Origin: Auanema rhodensis
Lineage: Eukaryota; Animalia; Nematoda
Assembly: GCA_964057225.1 (NCBI GenBank)
Contig: OZ059900.1
Span: 16,058,001-16,122,000 of the forward strand
Direction: 5' to 3'
Length of the DNA: 64,000 nucleotides
A program made the position numbers and the translations under genes. A model generated the notes under the pieces. That model was not told the origin of the DNA. It saw nothing but the letters and a program-made list of their open reading frames with translations, and ran no database searches. Positions 1 through 13,675 of the stretch are shown here, piece by piece (the first letter of the stretch is position 1; every line of letters begins with the position of its first letter).

Positions 1-756
1 GCGAAATTTCCACAAACTGGTTTTCCAGCATAATAAAATATTTCTCATGGGAAATACTGTGTTTTTGTATTCTTCTAGTGTTCAGCATGTAAAATGCTTC
101 ATTTTAGTATGTAACACGCTGAAATTCGTTGCATTTGACGACTCATATGAACAAAAATCGATTTAATCAATATTAGCCATAAGGGGCGTACCCCCAGAAT
201 ATGCTAATTTCCTTAATTTTCTAACCCCTGTTTTTTTGTCGTGAAAGTGGAACTAGACGTTGTACGAACAATTTTGAGCTAGGTTTCATTGACATTGCAT
301 GAGTTTGAACACATGAAATCGTAAGTCAAAACCTTGTTTACAGCGAAATTTCCAAAAACTGGTTTTCCAGCATAATAAAATATTTCTCATGGGAAATACT
401 GTGTTTTTGTATTTTTCTAGTGTTCAGCATGTAAAATGCTTCATTTTAGTATGTAACACGCTGAAATTCGTTGCATTTGACGACTCATATGAACAAAAAT
501 CGATTTAATCAATATTAGCCATAAGGGGCGTGCCCTCAGAATATGCTAATTTCCTTAATTTTCTAACCCTTGTTTTTTTGTTGTGAAAGTGGAACTAGAC
601 GTTGTACGAACAATTTTGAGCTAGGTTTCATTGACATTGCATGAGTTTGAACACATGAAATCGTAAGTCAAAACCTTGTTTACAGCGAAATTTCGAAAAA
701 CTGGTTTTCCAGCATAATAAAATATTTCTCATGGGAAATACTGTGTTTTTGTATTC

Positions 757-3700
757 TTCTAGTGTTCAGCATGTGAAATGCTTCATTTTAGTGTGTAACA
801 CGCTGAAATTCGTTGCATTTGACGACTCATATGAACAAAAATCGATTTAATCAATATTAGCCATAAGGGGCGTGCCCTCAGAATATGCTAATTTCCTTAA
901 TTTTCTAACCCCTGTTTTTTTGTCGTGAAAGTGGAACTAGACGTTGTACGAACAATTTTGACCTAGGTTTCATTGACATTGCATGAGTTTGAACACATGA
1001 AATCGTAAGTCAAAACCTTGTTTACAGCGAAATTTCCAAAAACTGGTTTTCCAGCATAATAAAATATTTCTCATGGGAAATACTGTGTTTTTGTATTTTT
1101 CTAGTGTTCAGCATGTAAAATGCTTCATTTTAGTATGTAACACGCTGAAATTCGTTGCATTTGACGACTCATATGAACAAAAATCGATTTAATCAATATT
1201 AGCCATAAGGGGCGTACCCCCAGAATATGCTAATTTCCTTAATTTTCTAACCCCTGTTTTTTTGTCGTGAAAGTGGAACTAGACGTTGTACGAACAATTT
1301 TGAGCTAGGTTTCATTGACATTGCATGAGTTTGAACACATGAAATCGTAAGTCAAAACCTTGTTTACAGCGAAATTTCCAAAAACTGGTTTTCCAGCATA
1401 ATAAAATATTTCTCATGGGAAATACTGTGTTTTTGTATTTTTCTAGTGTTCAGCATGTAAAATGCTTCATTTTAGTATGTAACACGCTGAAATTTGTTGC
1501 ATTTGACGACTCATATGAACAAAAATCGATTTAATCAATATTAGCCATAAGGGGCGTGCCCTCAGAATATGCTAATTTCCTTAATTTTCTAACCCTTGTT
1601 TTTTTGTTGTGAAAGTGGAACTAGACGTTGTACGAACAATTTTGAGCTAGGTTTCATTGACATTGCATGAGTTTGAACACATGAAATCGTAAGTCAAAAC
1701 CTTGTTTACAGCGAAATTTCGAAAAACTGGTTTTCCAGCATAATAAAATATTTCTCATGGGAAATACTGTGTTTTTGTATTCTTCTAGTGTTCAGCATGT
1801 GAAATGCTTCATTTTAGTGTGTAACACGCTGAAATTCGTTGCATTTGACGACTCATATGAACAAAAATCGATTTAATCAATATTAGCCATAAGGGGCGTG
1901 CCCTCAGAATATGCTAATTTCCTTAATTTTCTAACCCCTGTTTTTTTGTCGTGAAAGTGGAACTAGACGTTGTACGAACAATTTTGAGCTAGGTTTCATT
2001 GACATTGCATGAGTTTGAACACATGAAATCGTAAGTCAAAACCTTGTTTACAGCGAAATTTCCAAAAACTGGTTTTCCAGCATAATAAAATATTTCTCAT
2101 GGGAAATACTGTGTTTTTGTATTTTTCTAGTGTTCAGCATGTAAAATGCTTCATTTTAGTATGTAACACGCTGAAATTCGTTGCATTTGACGACTCATAT
2201 GAACAAAAATCGATTTAATCAATATTAGCCATAAGGGGCGTGCCCTCAGAATATGCTAATTTCCTTAATTTTCTAACCCTTGTTTTTTTGTCGTGAAAGT
2301 GGAACTAGACGTTGTACAAACAATTTTGAGCTAGGTTTCATTGACATTGCATGAGTTTGAACACATGAAATCGTAAGTCAAAACCTTGTTTACAGCGAAA
2401 TTTCCAAAAACTGGTTTTCCAGCATGATAAAATATTTCTCATGGGAAATACTGTGTTTTTGTATTTTTCTAGTGTTCAGCATGTAAAATGCTTCATTTTA
2501 GTATGTAACACGCTGAAATTCGTTGCATTTGACGACTCATATGAACAAAAATCGATTTAATCAATATTAGCCATAAGGGGCGTGCCCTCAGAATATGCTA
2601 ATTTCCTTAATTTTCTAACCCCTGTTTTTTTGTCGTGAAAGTGGAACTAGACGTTGTACGAACAATTTTGAGCTAGGTTTCATTGACATTGCATGAGTTT
2701 GAACACATGAAATCGTAAGTCAAAACCTTGTTTACAGCGAAATTTCCAAAAACTGGTTTTCCAGCATAATAAAATATTTCTCATGGGAAATACTGTGTTT
2801 TTGTATTCTTCTAGTGTTCAGCATGTGAAATGCTTCATTTTAGTGTGTAACACGCTGAAATTCGTTGCATTTGACGACTCATATGAACAAAAATCGATTT
2901 AATCAATATTAGCCATAAGGGGCGTGCCCTCAGAATATGCTAATTTCCTTAATTTTCTAACCCCTGTTTTTTTGTCGTGAAAGTGGAACTAGACGTTGTA
3001 CGAACAATTTTGACCTAGGTTTCATTGACATTGCATGAGTTTGAACACATGAAATCGTAAGTCAAAACCTTGTTTACAGCGAAATTTCCAAAAACTGGTT
3101 TTCCAGCATAATAAAATATTTCTCATGGGAAATACTGTGTTTTTGTATTTTTCTAGTGTTCAGCATGTAAAATGCTTCATTTTAGTATGTAACACGCTGA
3201 AATTCGTTGCATTTGACGACTCATATGAACAAAAATCGATTTAATCAATATTAGCCATAAGGGGCGTGCCCTCAGAATATGCTAATTTCCTTAATTTTCT
3301 AACCCTTGTTTTTTTGTCGTGAAAGTGGAACTAGACGTTGTACAAACAATTTTGAGCTAGGTTTCATTGACATTGCATGAGTTTGAACACATGAAATCGT
3401 AAGTCAAAACCTTGTTTACAGCGAAATTTCCAAAAACTGGTTTTCCAGCATGATAAAATATTTCTCATGGGAAATACTGTGTTTTTGTATTTTTCTAGTG
3501 TTCAGCATGTAAAATGCTTCATTTTAGTATGTAACACGCTGAAATTCGTTGCATTTGACGACTCATATGAACAAAAATCGATTTAATCAATATTAGCCAT
3601 AAGGGGCGTGCCCTCAGAATATGCTAATTTCCTTAATTTTCTAACCCCTGTTTTTTTGTCGTGAAAGTGGAACTAGACGTTGTACGAACAATTTTGAGCT

Positions 3701-6700
3701 AGGTTTCATTGACATTGCATGAGTTTGAACACATGAAATCGTAAGTCAAAACCTTGTTTACAGCGAAATTTCCACAAACTGGTTTTCCAGCATAATAAAA
3801 TATTTCTCATGGGAAATACTGTGTTTTTGTATTCTTCTAGTGTTCAGCATGTAAAATGCTTCATTTTAGTATGTAACACGCTGAAATTCGTTGCATTTGA
3901 CGACTCATATGAACAAAAATCGATTTAATCAATATTAGCCATAAGGGGCGTGCCCTCAGAATATGCTAATTTCCTTAATTTTCTAACCCCTGTTTTTTTG
4001 TCGTGAAAGTGGAACTAGACGTTGTACGAACAATTTTGAGCTAGGTTTCATTGACCTTGCATGAGTTTGAACACATGAAATCGTAAGTCAAAACCTTGTT
4101 TACAGCGAAATTTCCAAAAACTGGTTTTCCAGCATAATAAAATATTTCTCATGGGAAATACTGTGTTTTTGTATTTTTCTAGTGTTCAGCATGTGAAATG
4201 CTTCATTTTAGTGTGTAACACGCTGAAATTCGTTGCATTTGACGACTCATATGAACAAAAATCGATTTAATCAATATTAGCCATAAGGGGCGTGCCCTCA
4301 GAATATGCTAATTTCCTTAATTTTCTAACCCCTGTTTTTTTGTCGTGAAAGTGGAACTAGACGTTGTACGAACAATTTTGACCTAGGTTTCATTGACATT
4401 GCATGAGTTTGAACACATGAAATCGTAAGTCAAAACCTTGTTTACAGCGAAATTTCCAAAAACTGGTTTTCCAGCATAATAAAATATTTCTCATGGGAAA
4501 TACTGTGTTTTTGTATTTTTCTAGTGTTCAGCATGTAAAATGCTTCATTTTAGTATGTAACACGCTGAAATTCGTTGCATTTGACGACTCATATGAACAA
4601 AAATCGATTTAATCAATATTAGCCATAAGGGGCGTACCCCCAGAATATGCTAATTTCCTTAATTTTCTAACCCCTGTTTTTTTGTCGTGAAAGTGGAACT
4701 AGACGTTGTACGAACAATTTTGAGCTAGGTTTCATTGACATTGCATGAGTTTGAACACATGAAATCGTAAGTCAAAACCTTGTTTACAGCGAAATTTCCA
4801 AAAACTGGTTTTCCAGCATAATAAAATATTTCTCATGGGAAATACTGTGTTTTTGTATTTTTCTAGTGTTCAGCATGTAAAATGCTTCATTTTAGTATGT
4901 AACACGCTGAAATTTGTTGCATTTGACGACTCATATGAACAAAAATCGATTTAATCAATATTAGCCATAAGGGGCGTGCCCTCAGAATATGCTAATTTCC
5001 TTAATTTTCTAACCCTTGTTTTTTTGTTGTGAAAGTGGAACTAGACGTTGTACGAACAATTTTGAGCTAGGTTTCATTGACATTGCATGAGTTTGAACAC
5101 ATGAAATCGTAAGTCAAAACCTTGTTTACAGCGAAATTTCGAAAAACTGGTTTTCCAGCATAATAAAATATTTCTCATGGGAAATACTGTGTTTTTGTAT
5201 TCTTCTAGTGTTCAGCATGTGAAATGCTTCATTTTAGTGTGTAACACGCTGAAATTCGTTGCATTTGACGACTCATATGAACAAAAATCGATTTAATCAA
5301 TATTAGCCATAAGGGGCGTGCCCTCAGAATATGCTAATTTCCTTAATTTTCTAACCCCTGTTTTTTTGTCGTGAAAGTGGAACTAGACGTTGTACGAACA
5401 ATTTTGAGCTAGGTTTCATTGACATTGCATGAGTTTGAACACATGAAATCGTAAGTCAAAACCTTGTTTACAGCGAAATTTCCAAAAACTGGTTTTCCAG
5501 CATAATAAAATATTTCTCATGGGAAATACTGTGTTTTTGTATTTTTCTAGTGTTCAGCATGTAAAATGCTTCATTTTAGTATGTAACACGCTGAAATTCG
5601 TTGCATTTGACGACTCATATGAACAAAAATCGATTTAATCAATATTAGCCATAAGGGGCGTGCCCTCAGAATATGCTAATTTCCTTAATTTTCTAACCCT
5701 TGTTTTTTTGTCGTGAAAGTGGAACTAGACGTTGTACAAACAATTTTGAGCTAGGTTTCATTGACATTGCATGAGTTTGAACACATGAAATCGTAAGTCA
5801 AAACCTTGTTTACAGCGAAATTTCCAAAAACTGGTTTTCCAGCATGATAAAATATTTCTCATGGGAAATACTGTGTTTTTGTATTTTTCTAGTGTTCAGC
5901 ATGTAAAATGCTTCATTTTAGTATGTAACACGCTGAAATTCGTTGCATTTGACGACTCATATGAACAAAAATCGATTTAATCAATATTAGCCATAAGGGG
6001 CGTGCCCTCAGAATATGCTAATTTCCTTAATTTTCTAACCCCTGTTTTTTTGTCGTGAAAGTGGAACTAGACGTTGTACGAACAATTTTGAGCTAGGTTT
6101 CATTGACATTGCATGAGTTTGAACACATGAAATCGTAAGTCAAAACCTTGTTTACAGCGAAATTTCCAAAAACTGGTTTTCCAGCATAATAAAATATTTC
6201 TCATGGGAAATACTGTGTTTTTGTATTCTTCTAGTGTTCAGCATGTGAAATGCTTCATTTTAGTGTGTAACACGCTGAAATTCGTTGCATTTGACGACTC
6301 ATATGAACAAAAATCGATTTAATCAATATTAGCCATAAGGGGCGTGCCCTCAGAATATGCTAATTTCCTTAATTTTCTAACCCCTGTTTTTTTGTCGTGA
6401 AAGTGGAACTAGACGTTGTACGAACAATTTTGACCTAGGTTTCATTGACATTGCATGAGTTTGAACACATGAAATCGTAAGTCAAAACCTTGTTTACAGC
6501 GAAATTTCCAAAAACTGGTTTTCCAGCATAATAAAATATTTCTCATGGGAAATACTGTGTTTTTGTATTTTTCTAGTGTTCAGCATGTAAAATGCTTCAT
6601 TTTAGTATGTAACACGCTGAAATTCGTTGCATTTGACGACTCATATGAACAAAAATCGATTTAATCAATATTAGCCATAAGGGGCGTGCCCTCAGAATAT

Positions 6701-7614
6701 GCTAATTTCCTTAATTTTCTAACCCTTGTTTTTTTGTCGTGAAAGTGGAACTAGACGTTGTACAAACAATTTTGAGCTAGGTTTCATTGACATTGCATGA
6801 GTTTGAACACATGAAATCGTAAGTCAAAACCTTGTTTACAGCGAAATTTCCAAAAACTGGTTTTCCAGCATGATAAAATATTTCTCATGGGAAATACTGT
6901 GTTTTTGTATTTTTCTAGTGTTCAGCATGTAAAATGCTTCATTTTAGTATGTAACACGCTGAAATTCGTTGCATTTGACGACTCATATGAACAAAAATCG
7001 ATTTAATCAATATTAGCCATAAGGGGCGTGCCCTCAGAATATGCTAATTTCCTTAATTTTCTAACCCCTGTTTTTTTGTCGTGAAAGTGGAACTAGACGT
7101 TGTACGAACAATTTTGAGCTAGGTTTCATTGACATTGCATGAGTTTGAACACATGAAATCGTAAGTCAAAACCTTGTTTACAGCGAAATTTCCACAAACT
7201 GGTTTTCCAGCATAATAAAATATTTCTCATGGGAAATACTGTGTTTTTGTATTCTTCTAGTGTTCAGCATGTAAAATGCTTCATTTTAGTATGTAACACG
7301 CTGAAATTCGTTGCATTTGACGACTCATATGAACAAAAATCGATTTAATCAATATTAGCCATAAGGGGCGTGCCCTCAGAATATGCTAATTTCCTTAATT
7401 TTCTAACCCCTGTTTTTTTGTCGTGAAAGTGGAACTAGACGTTGTACGAACAATTTTGAGCTAGGTTTCATTGACCTTGCATGAGTTTGAACACATGAAA
7501 TCGTAAGTCAAAACCTTGTTTACAGCGAAATTTCCAAAAACTGGTTTTCCAGCATAATAAAATATTTCTCATGGGAAATACTGTGTTTTTGTATTTTTCT
7601 AGTGTTCAGCATGT
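757..7614. repeat. Tandem duplication of a 10-monomer (3420-bp) block in array A
   Basis: Rare variants recur at +3420: GTACCCCC (~1216/4636), AATTTGTTG (~1495/4915), GACCTTGC (~4055/7475) and GACCTAGG. The monomer at 4105 is chimeric, marking the crossover between monomer positions 72 and 91. Confidence 0.92.
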
Positions 7615-10600
7615 AAAATGCTTCATTTTAGTATGTAACACGCTGAAATTCGTTGCATTTGACGACTCATATGAACAAAAATCGATTTAATCAATATTAG
7701 CCATAAGGGGCGTGCCCTCAGAATATGCTAATTTCCTTAATTTTCTAACCCTTGTTTTTTTGTCGTGAAAGTGGAACTAGACGTTGTACGAACAATTTTG
7801 AGCTAGGTTTCATTGACATTGCATGAGTTTGAACACATGAAATCGTAAGTCAAAACCTTGTTTACAGCGAAATTTCGAAAAACTGGTTTTCCAGCATAAT
7901 AAAATATTTCTCATGGAAAAACTGTGTTTTTGTATTCTTCTAGTGTTCAGCATGTGAAATGCTTCATTTTAGTGTGTAACACGCTGAAATTCGTTGCATT
8001 TGACGACTCATATGAACAAAAATCGATTTAATCAATATTAGCCATAAGGGGCGTGCCCTCAGAATATGCTAATTTCCTTAATTTTCTAACCCCTGTTTTT
8101 TTGTCGTGAAAGTGGAACTAGACGTTGTACGAACAATTTTGAGCTAGGTTTCATTGACATTGCATGAGTTTGAACACATGAAATCGTAAGTCAAAACCTT
8201 GTTTACAGCGAAATTTCCAAAAACTGGTTTTCCAGCATAATAAAATATTTCTCATGGAAAAACTGTGTTTTTGTATTCTTCTAGTGTTCAGCATGTGAAA
8301 TGCTTCATTTTAGTGTGTAACACGCTGAAATTCGTTGCATTTGACGACTCATATGAACAAAAATCGATTTAATCAATATTAGCCATAAGGGGCGTGCCCT
8401 CAGAATATGCTAATTTCCTTAATTTTCTAACCCCTGTTTTTTTGTCGTGAAAGTGGAACTAGACGTTGTACGAACAATTTTGAGCTAGGTTTCATTGACA
8501 TTGCATGAGTTTGAACACATGAAATCGTAAGTCAAAACCTTGTTTACAGCGAAATTTCCAAAAACTGGTTTTCCAGCATAATAAAATATTTCTCATGGGA
8601 AATACTGTGTTTTTGTATTTTTCTAGTGTTCAGCATGTAAAATGCTTCATTTTAGTATGTAACACGCTGAAATTCGTTGCATTTGACGACTCATATGAAC
8701 AAAAATCGATTTAATCAATATTAGCCATAAGGGGCGTGCCCTCAGAATATGCTAATTTCCTTAATTTTCTAACCCTTGTTTTTTTGTCGTGAAAGTGGAA
8801 CTAGACGTTGTACAAACAATTTTGAGCTAGGTTTCATTGACATTGCATGAGTTTGAACACATGAAATCGTAAGTCAAAACCTTGTTTACAGCGAAATTTC
8901 CAAAAACTGGTTTTCCAGCATGATAAAATATTTCTCATGGGAAATACTGTGTTTTTGTATTTTTCTAGTGTTCAGCATGTAAAATGCTTCATTTTAGTAT
9001 GTAACACGCTGAAATTCGTTGCATTTGACGACTCATATGAACAAAAATCGATTTAATCAATATTAGCCATAAGGGGCGTGCCCTCAGAATATGCTAATTT
9101 CCTTAATTTTCTAACCCCTGTTTTTTTGTCGTGAAAGTGGAACTAGACGTTGTACGAACAATTTTGAGCTAGGTTTCATTGACATTGCATGAGTTTGAAC
9201 ACATGAAATCGTAAGTCAAAACCTTGTTTACAGCGAAATTTCCAAAAACTGGTTTTCCAGCATAATAAAATATTTCTCATGGGAAATACTGTGTTTTTGT
9301 ATTTTTCTAGTGTTCAGCATGTAAAATGCTTCATTTTAGTATGTAACACGCTGAAATTCGTTGCATTTGACGACTCATATGAACAAAAATCGATTTAATC
9401 AATATTAGCCATAAGGGGCGTGCCCTCAGAATATGCTAATTTCCTTAATTTTCTAACCCTTGTTTTTTTGTCGTGAAAGTGGAACTAGACGTTGTACGAA
9501 CAATTTTGAGCTAGGTTTCATTGACATTGCATGAGTTTGAACACATGAAATCGTAAGTCAAAACCTTGTTTACAGCGAAATTTCGAAAAACTGGTTTTCC
9601 AGCATAATAAAATATTTCTCATAGGAAATACTGTGTTTTGTATTCTTCTAGTGTTCAGCATGTGAAATGCTTCATTTTAGTGTGTAACACGCTGAAATTC
9701 GTTGCATTTGACGACTCATATGAACAAAAATCGATTTAATCAATATTAGCCATAAGGGGCGTGCCCTCAGAATATGCTAATTTCCTTAATTTTCTAACCC
9801 CTGTTTTTTTGTCGTGAAAGTGGAACTAGACGTTGTACGAACAATTTTGAGCTAGGTTTCATTGACATTGCATGAGTTTGAACACATGAAATCGTAAGTC
9901 AAAACCTTGTTTACAGCGAAATTTCCAAAAACTGGTTTTCCAGCATAATAAAATATTTCTCATGGGAAATACTGTGTTTTTGTATTTTTCTAGTGTTCAG
10001 CATGTAAAATGCTTCATTTTAGTATGTAACACGCTGAAATTCGTTGCATTTGACGACTCATATGAACAAAAATCGATTTAATCAATATTAGCCATAAGGG
10101 GCGTGCCCTCAGAATATGCTAATTTCCTTAATTTTCTAACCCTTGTTTTTTTGTCGTGAAAGTGGAACTAGACGTTGTACAAACAATTTTGAGCTAGGTT
10201 TCATTGACATTGCATGAGTTTGAACACATGAAATCGTAAGTCAAAACCTTGTTTACAGCGAAATTTCCAAAAACTGGTTTTCCAGCATGATAAAATATTT
10301 CTCATGGGAAATACTGTGTTTTTGTATTTTTCTAGTGTTCAGCATGTAAAATGCTTCATTTTAGTATGTAACACGCTGAAATTCGTTGCATTTGACGACT
10401 CATATGAACAAAAATCGATTTAATCAATATTAGCCATAAGGGGCGTGCCCTCAGAATATGCTAATTTCCTTAATTTTCTAACCCTTGTTTTTTTGTCGTG
10501 AAAGTGGAACTAGACGTTGTACGAACAATTTTGAGCTAGGTTTCATTGACATTGCATGAGTTTGAACACATGAAATCGTAAGTCAAAACCTTGTTTACAG

Positions 10601-13600
10601 CGAAATTTCGAAAAACTGGTTTTCCAGCATAATAAAATATTTCTCATGGAAAAACTGTGTTTTTGTATTCTTCTAGTGTTCAGCATGTGAAATGCTTCAT
10701 TTTAGTGTGTAACACGCTGAAATTCGTTGCATTTGACGACTCATATGAACAAAAATCGATTTAATCAATATTAGCCATAAGGGGCGTGCCCTCAGAATAT
10801 GCTAATTTCCTTAATTTTCTAACCCCTGTTTTTTTGTCGTGAAAGTGGAACTAGACGTTGTACGAACAATTTTGAGCTAGGTTTCATTGACATTGCATGA
10901 GTTTGAACACATGAAATCGTAAGTCAAAACCTTGTTTACAGCGAAATTTCCAAAAACTGGTTTTCCAGCATAATAAAATATTTCTCATGGGAAATACTGT
11001 GTTTTTGTATTTTTCTAGTGTTCAGCATGTAAAATGCTTCATTTTAGTATGTAACACGCTGAAATTCGTTGCATTTGACGACTCATATGAACAAAAATCG
11101 ATTTAATCAATATTAGCCATAAGGGGCGTGCCCTCAGAATATGCTAATTTCCTTAATTTTCTAACCCTTGTTTTTTTGTCGTGAAAGTGGAACTAGACGT
11201 TGTACAAACAATTTTGAGCTAGGTTTCATTGACATTGCATGAGTTTGAACACATGAAATCGTAAGTCAAAACCTTGTTTACAGCGAAATTTCCAAAAACT
11301 GGTTTTCCAGCATGATAAAATATTTCTCATGGGAAATACTGTGTTTTTGTATTTTTCTAGTGTTCAGCATGTAAAATGCTTCATTTTAGTATGTAACACG
11401 CTGAAATTCGTTGCATTTGACGACTCATATGAACAAAAATCGATTTAATCAATATTAGCCATAAGGGGCGTGCCCTCAGAATATGCTAATTTCCTTAATT
11501 TTCTAACCCCTGTTTTTTTGTCGTGAAAGTGGAACTAGACGTTGTACGAACAATTTTGAGCTAGGTTTCATTGACATTGCATGAGTTTGAACACATGAAA
11601 TCGTAAGTCAAAACCTTGTTTACAGCGAAATTTCCAAAAACTGGTTTTCCAGCATAATAAAATATTTCTCATGGGAAATACTGTGTTTTTGTATTTTTCT
11701 AGTGTTCAGCATGTAAAATGCTTCATTTTAGTATGTAACACGCTGAAATTCGTTGCATTTGACGACTCATATGAACAAAAATCGATTTAATCAATATTAG
11801 CCATAAGGGGCGTGCCCTCAGAATATGCTAATTTCCTTAATTTTCTAACCCTTGTTTTTTTGTCGTGAAAGTGGAACTAGACGTTGTACGAACAATTTTG
11901 AGCTAGGTTTCATTGACATTGCATGAGTTTGAACACATGAAATCGTAAGTCAAAACCTTGTTTACAGCGAAATTTCGAAAAACTGGTTTTCCAGCATAAT
12001 AAAATATTTCTCATAGGAAATACTGTGTTTTGTATTCTTCTAGTGTTCAGCATGTGAAATGCTTCATTTTAGTGTGTAACACGCTGAAATTCGTTGCATT
12101 TGACGACTCATATGAACAAAAATCGATTTAATCAATATTAGCCATAAGGGGCGTGCCCTCAGAATATGCTAATTTCCTTAATTTTCTAACCCCTGTTTTT
12201 TTGTCGTGAAAGTGGAACTAGACGTTGTACGAACAATTTTGAGCTAGGTTTCATTGACATTGCATGAGTTTGAACACATGAAATCGTAAGTCAAAACCTT
12301 GTTTACAGCGAAATTTCCAAAAACTGGTTTTCCAGCATAATAAAATATTTCTCATGGGAAATACTGTGTTTTTGTATTTTTCTAGTGTTCAGCATGTAAA
12401 ATGCTTCATTTTAGTATGTAACACGCTGAAATTCGTTGCATTTGACGACTCATATGAACAATAATCGATTTAATCAATATTAGCCATAAGGGGCGTGCCC
12501 TCAGAATATGCTAATTTCCTTAATTTTCTAACCCCTGTTTTTTTGTCGTGAAAGTGGAACTAGACGTTGTACGAACAATTTTGAGCTAGGTTTCATTGAC
12601 ATTGCATGAGTTTGAACACATGAAATCGTAAGTCAAAACCTTGTTTACAGCGAAATTTCCACAAACTGGTTTTCCAGCATGATAAAATATTTCTCATGGG
12701 AAATACTGTGTTTTTGTATTCTTCTAGTGTTCAGCATGTAAAATGCTTCATTTTAGTATGTAACACGCTGAAATTCGTTGCATTTGACGACTCATATGAA
12801 CAAAAATCGATTTAATCAATATTAGCCATAAGGGGCGTGCCCTCAGAATATGCTAATTTCCTTAATTTTCTAACCCCTGTTTTTTTGTCGTGAAAGTGGA
12901 ACTAGACGTTGTACGAACAATTTTGAGCTAGGTTTCATTGACATTGCATGAGTTTGAACACATGAAATCGTAAGTCAAAACCTTGTTTACAGCGAAATTT
13001 CCAAAAACTGGTTTTCCAGCATAATAAAATATTTCTCATGGGAAATACTGTGTTTTTGTATTTTTCTAGTGTTCAGCATGTAAAATGCTTCATTTTAGTA
13101 TGTAACACGCTGAAATTCGTTGCATTTGACGACTCATATGAACAAAAATCGATTTAATCAATATTAGCCATAAGGGGCGTGCCCTCAGAATATGCTAATT
13201 TCCTTAATTTTCTAACCCCTGTTTTTTTGTCGTGAAAGTGGAACTAGACGTTGTACGAACAATTTTGAGCTAGGTTTCATTGACATTGCATGAGTTTGAA
13301 CACATGAAATCGTAAGTCAAAACCTTGTTTACAGCGAAATTTCCAAAAACTGGTTTTCCAGCATAATAAAATATTTCTCATGGGAAATACTGTGTTTTTG
13401 TATTTTTCTAGTGTTCAGCATGTAAAATGCTTCATTTTAGTATGTAACACGCTGAAATTCGTTGCATTTGACGACTCATATGAACAATAATCGATTTAAT
13501 CAATATTAGCCATAAGGGGCGTGCCCTCAGAATATGCTAATTTCCTTAATTTTCTAACCCCTGTTTTTTTGTCGTGAAAGTGGAACTAGACGTTGTACGA

Positions 13601-13675
13601 ACAATTTTGAGCTAGGTTTCATTGACATTGCATGAGTTTGAACACATGAAATCGTAAGTCAAAACCTTGTTTACA

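Noticed and set aside
124-140. CENP-B box-like motif ATTCGTTGCATTTGACG
   Set aside because: It matches the TTCG....A half but lacks the essential CGGG, so it is unlikely to be a functional box.
221-227. Telomere-like CTAACCC
   Set aside because: It is a single isolated unit per monomer, not tandem, and is expected by chance.
1-342. Hammerhead ribozyme in the satellite monomers (known from some animal satellites)
   Set aside because: By eye I found no CUGANGA...GAAA core with proper stems on either strand of A or B. The closest is minus-strand CTGAGGG without a downstream stem II/GAAA. An Infernal/Rfam search would settle it.
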